In this document: positions 62,301 to 64,000 of the stretch, in pieces | Layout of the letters: each line of letters begins with the position of its first letter | Numbering within the stretch: the stretch's first letter is position 1 | Source of the DNA: Antedon mediterranea | Taxonomy: Eukaryota; Animalia; Echinodermata | Assembly (NCBI RefSeq): GCF_964355755.1 | Contig: NC_092675.1 | Span: 25,702,912 to 25,766,911, forward strand | DNA length: 64,000 nucleotides | Direction: 5' to 3' | Notes under the pieces: model-generated | Told to the model about the DNA's origin: nothing | The model's input: only the letters and a program-made list of their open reading frames with translations | Database searches by the model: none | Made by a program: the position numbers and the translations under genes

Positions 62301-64000
62301 TGTTCTTAAAACATTTTGAAACTTTTAAATGATAAACAGCTAAAGTAGTTTAGAGATAATTGTACAGTATACAAGGGAAGATGCATTAAAAGAAACATTA
62401 CCTTTGTTTTTGGTACATGGGCTACTCTTTTGACACCTTTGTCTGCCGTTCCGGCAATAGTGACCCAGTCTACAGATTCTCTTGGTGTGGGTTTCGGGCT
62501 TTGTAAAACTTTTTTGCTGGAGACTACCGATCTGTCAACCGACGTCCTTGATGTATTGGAAGGAGTTGTTGATCTGTCAATTGATTTCCTTGATGCACTA
62601 GAAGGAGTTGCTGCAATTGAGTTGAAAGAGTTGGTCTGGGAAGGAGTTGTTGATCTTTCAGCTGACTTCTGTGATGTTCTGGAAGGAGTTGCTGTAATAC
62701 TTTTATTCCCTTTTGGTGTACTTGTCTTTGGAACAACTTTAGGTAGATGTGCTAATCTTCGTTTATCAAGAGATGACTTTTCTTCAGCAGGAACATTTAT
62801 TCTTCTGGCAAGCATCTCTTGTATTTTAAGATATCGATTGTGACATATTTGAGCAGGGCTCTGGGCTGGAATACGACGTTGGACTGGACGTCTAACCTAT
62901 ATATAAATTATATGCCATCATTATAATGCAAAGTCTTTCCCAAATATCCAACAGAAACATAAATATATAAATTTTATATTTTTTTTCTTCACATCATTTG
63001 CCTAATATTAATAATTTTTTAATATGATATGAATGCAATGTGTCCTTTTGTGCCTACCTCTCCATGTTTGGATACATGTGCTTGTCTTTTTCGCCCTGGG
63101 TGATTTGTATCTACATATTCTTCTTCAATATTCTGGAAGAAAAAATATTATAAATACACAATTAGTTATTGTATAACAACATTCCAAAAATTCCATTATT
63201 ATCTTATTTTAAGTAACAGTTTAATAAAATAATTCCCTTTGGCATTTTTCTACCAATTTCACAGTTTTTTTCTATCCTTAAGTGCTGCTTACATTGTAAT
63301 ATAAGCTCCACATTTACAATTTCCCTTTTTTTTTTAGAGTAAAATTTTATATTAATCATAAAACTGACCATTTTAACATCAGGAACTTCCTCAATTTTGA
63401 CTTTAGTTTCTTCGTTGAAAATCTTTAAGCATTCTTCATATGTATCTGTTTCAAAGTCAGTAAGATCACTTGAAATGTCATTGTAGGAAACACTGTCATA
63501 ATCATCACTGGTTGTAAAACTTTTCTTTTTAACGATTTTGCTGGTTTTGTGTTTTTTAAACACCTTGTTAGATGGTTTTTCTTCTTCAGAAAGTGTTCTG
63601 CTGGCTTCCCTTAAGTTTTTAGTACATTGTTGTTTTTTCGATGATGACACAATTTTCATTTTCTTAAAAATATTTCCACCTTCTTCCTCAGAATCTTCAC
63701 CAAACAGTTCTATGCTTATTTTTCTTTTCTTTGTCTTTTTTATTTCTTCACTACTGGAGGATGATATAATATAAATTTCTTTTTTAGGAGCTTGGTTTTC
63801 TGACTTTTCTTTCTTTATTTCAAGATCTTCTGTTGAATCTATTTCCTCTATATTTTTCCCACTATGCATAGTTGAACAATTTTTCCGCTTATTTTCTTCA
63901 TGTAAAAAAGGAGATTTAGATTTTGAAATACTTCTTTTTGATTTTTCAATCTTTAACCTTTTTAATTCAACAGACTTTCGTAAGAGTTGTTTAGATTTTT
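56345..64000 (-). CDS. REXO1: RNA exonuclease 1 homolog (DEDDh 3'-5' exonuclease), 5'-partial
   Basis: Exons >64000-63369, 63132-63058, 62896-62402, 62288-62157 ([13 protein letters not shown]), 61732-61501, 61027-60884 ([10 protein letters not shown]), 60554-60441 (CTRC...CVYHWGK), 59744-59671, 59576-59466 (VFALDCEM, ExoI), 59097-58982 ([13 protein letters not shown]), 58168-58030 ([13 protein letters not shown], ExoII), 57219-57099, 56439-56345 ([11 protein letters not shown], ExoIII). Confidence 0.95.
57430..57940. repeat. ~37-bp minisatellite in a REXO1 intron, interrupted by a MITE-like insert (~57634-57806)
   Basis: CATTGTGCTTATAATAGTATGAGAAAGAGTAGGGGAT units; insert bounded by TTCTCACAGA / TCTGTGAGAA. 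Confidence 0.65.

Noticed and set aside
62430-62843. Plus-strand 137-aa ORF with EGVV/EGVA repeats
   Set aside because: Antisense shadow of the Ser/Thr-rich REXO1 exon.

Overview
AT-rich, intron-containing animal DNA; an invertebrate deuterostome such as an echinoderm is plausible but cannot be proven from the window. Bases ~658-48325 hold a head-to-tail (+ strand) array of seven paralogous genes, reconstructed by hand from GT-AG splice sites. Each encodes a type I membrane protein: signal peptide, one F-type lectin (fucolectin) domain split over 3 exons, 3 or 4 HYR (hyalin repeat) domains of one exon each, a stalk/TM exon and a short cytoplasmic tail. Copies 1-4 have 4 HYR domains and copies 5-7 have 3. 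Copies 2, 3 and 7 read intact. Copy 1 lacks its 5' exons in this window, copy 4 is intact only if an extra intron inside HYR2 is spliced, copy 5 has a 1-nt frameshift and copy 6 is a truncated pseudogene. The lectin loops differ strongly between copies and copy 2 has lost two of the three fucose-binding residues, which suggests a diversifying glycan-recognition receptor family. A caveolin gene (-) and the 3' part of REXO1 (-) follow the array. Introns and spacers contain CR1/L2 and L1/Tx1 LINE fragments, a Helitron, Helentron-type elements, MITEs and tRNA-derived SINEs. All coordinates were read by eye.
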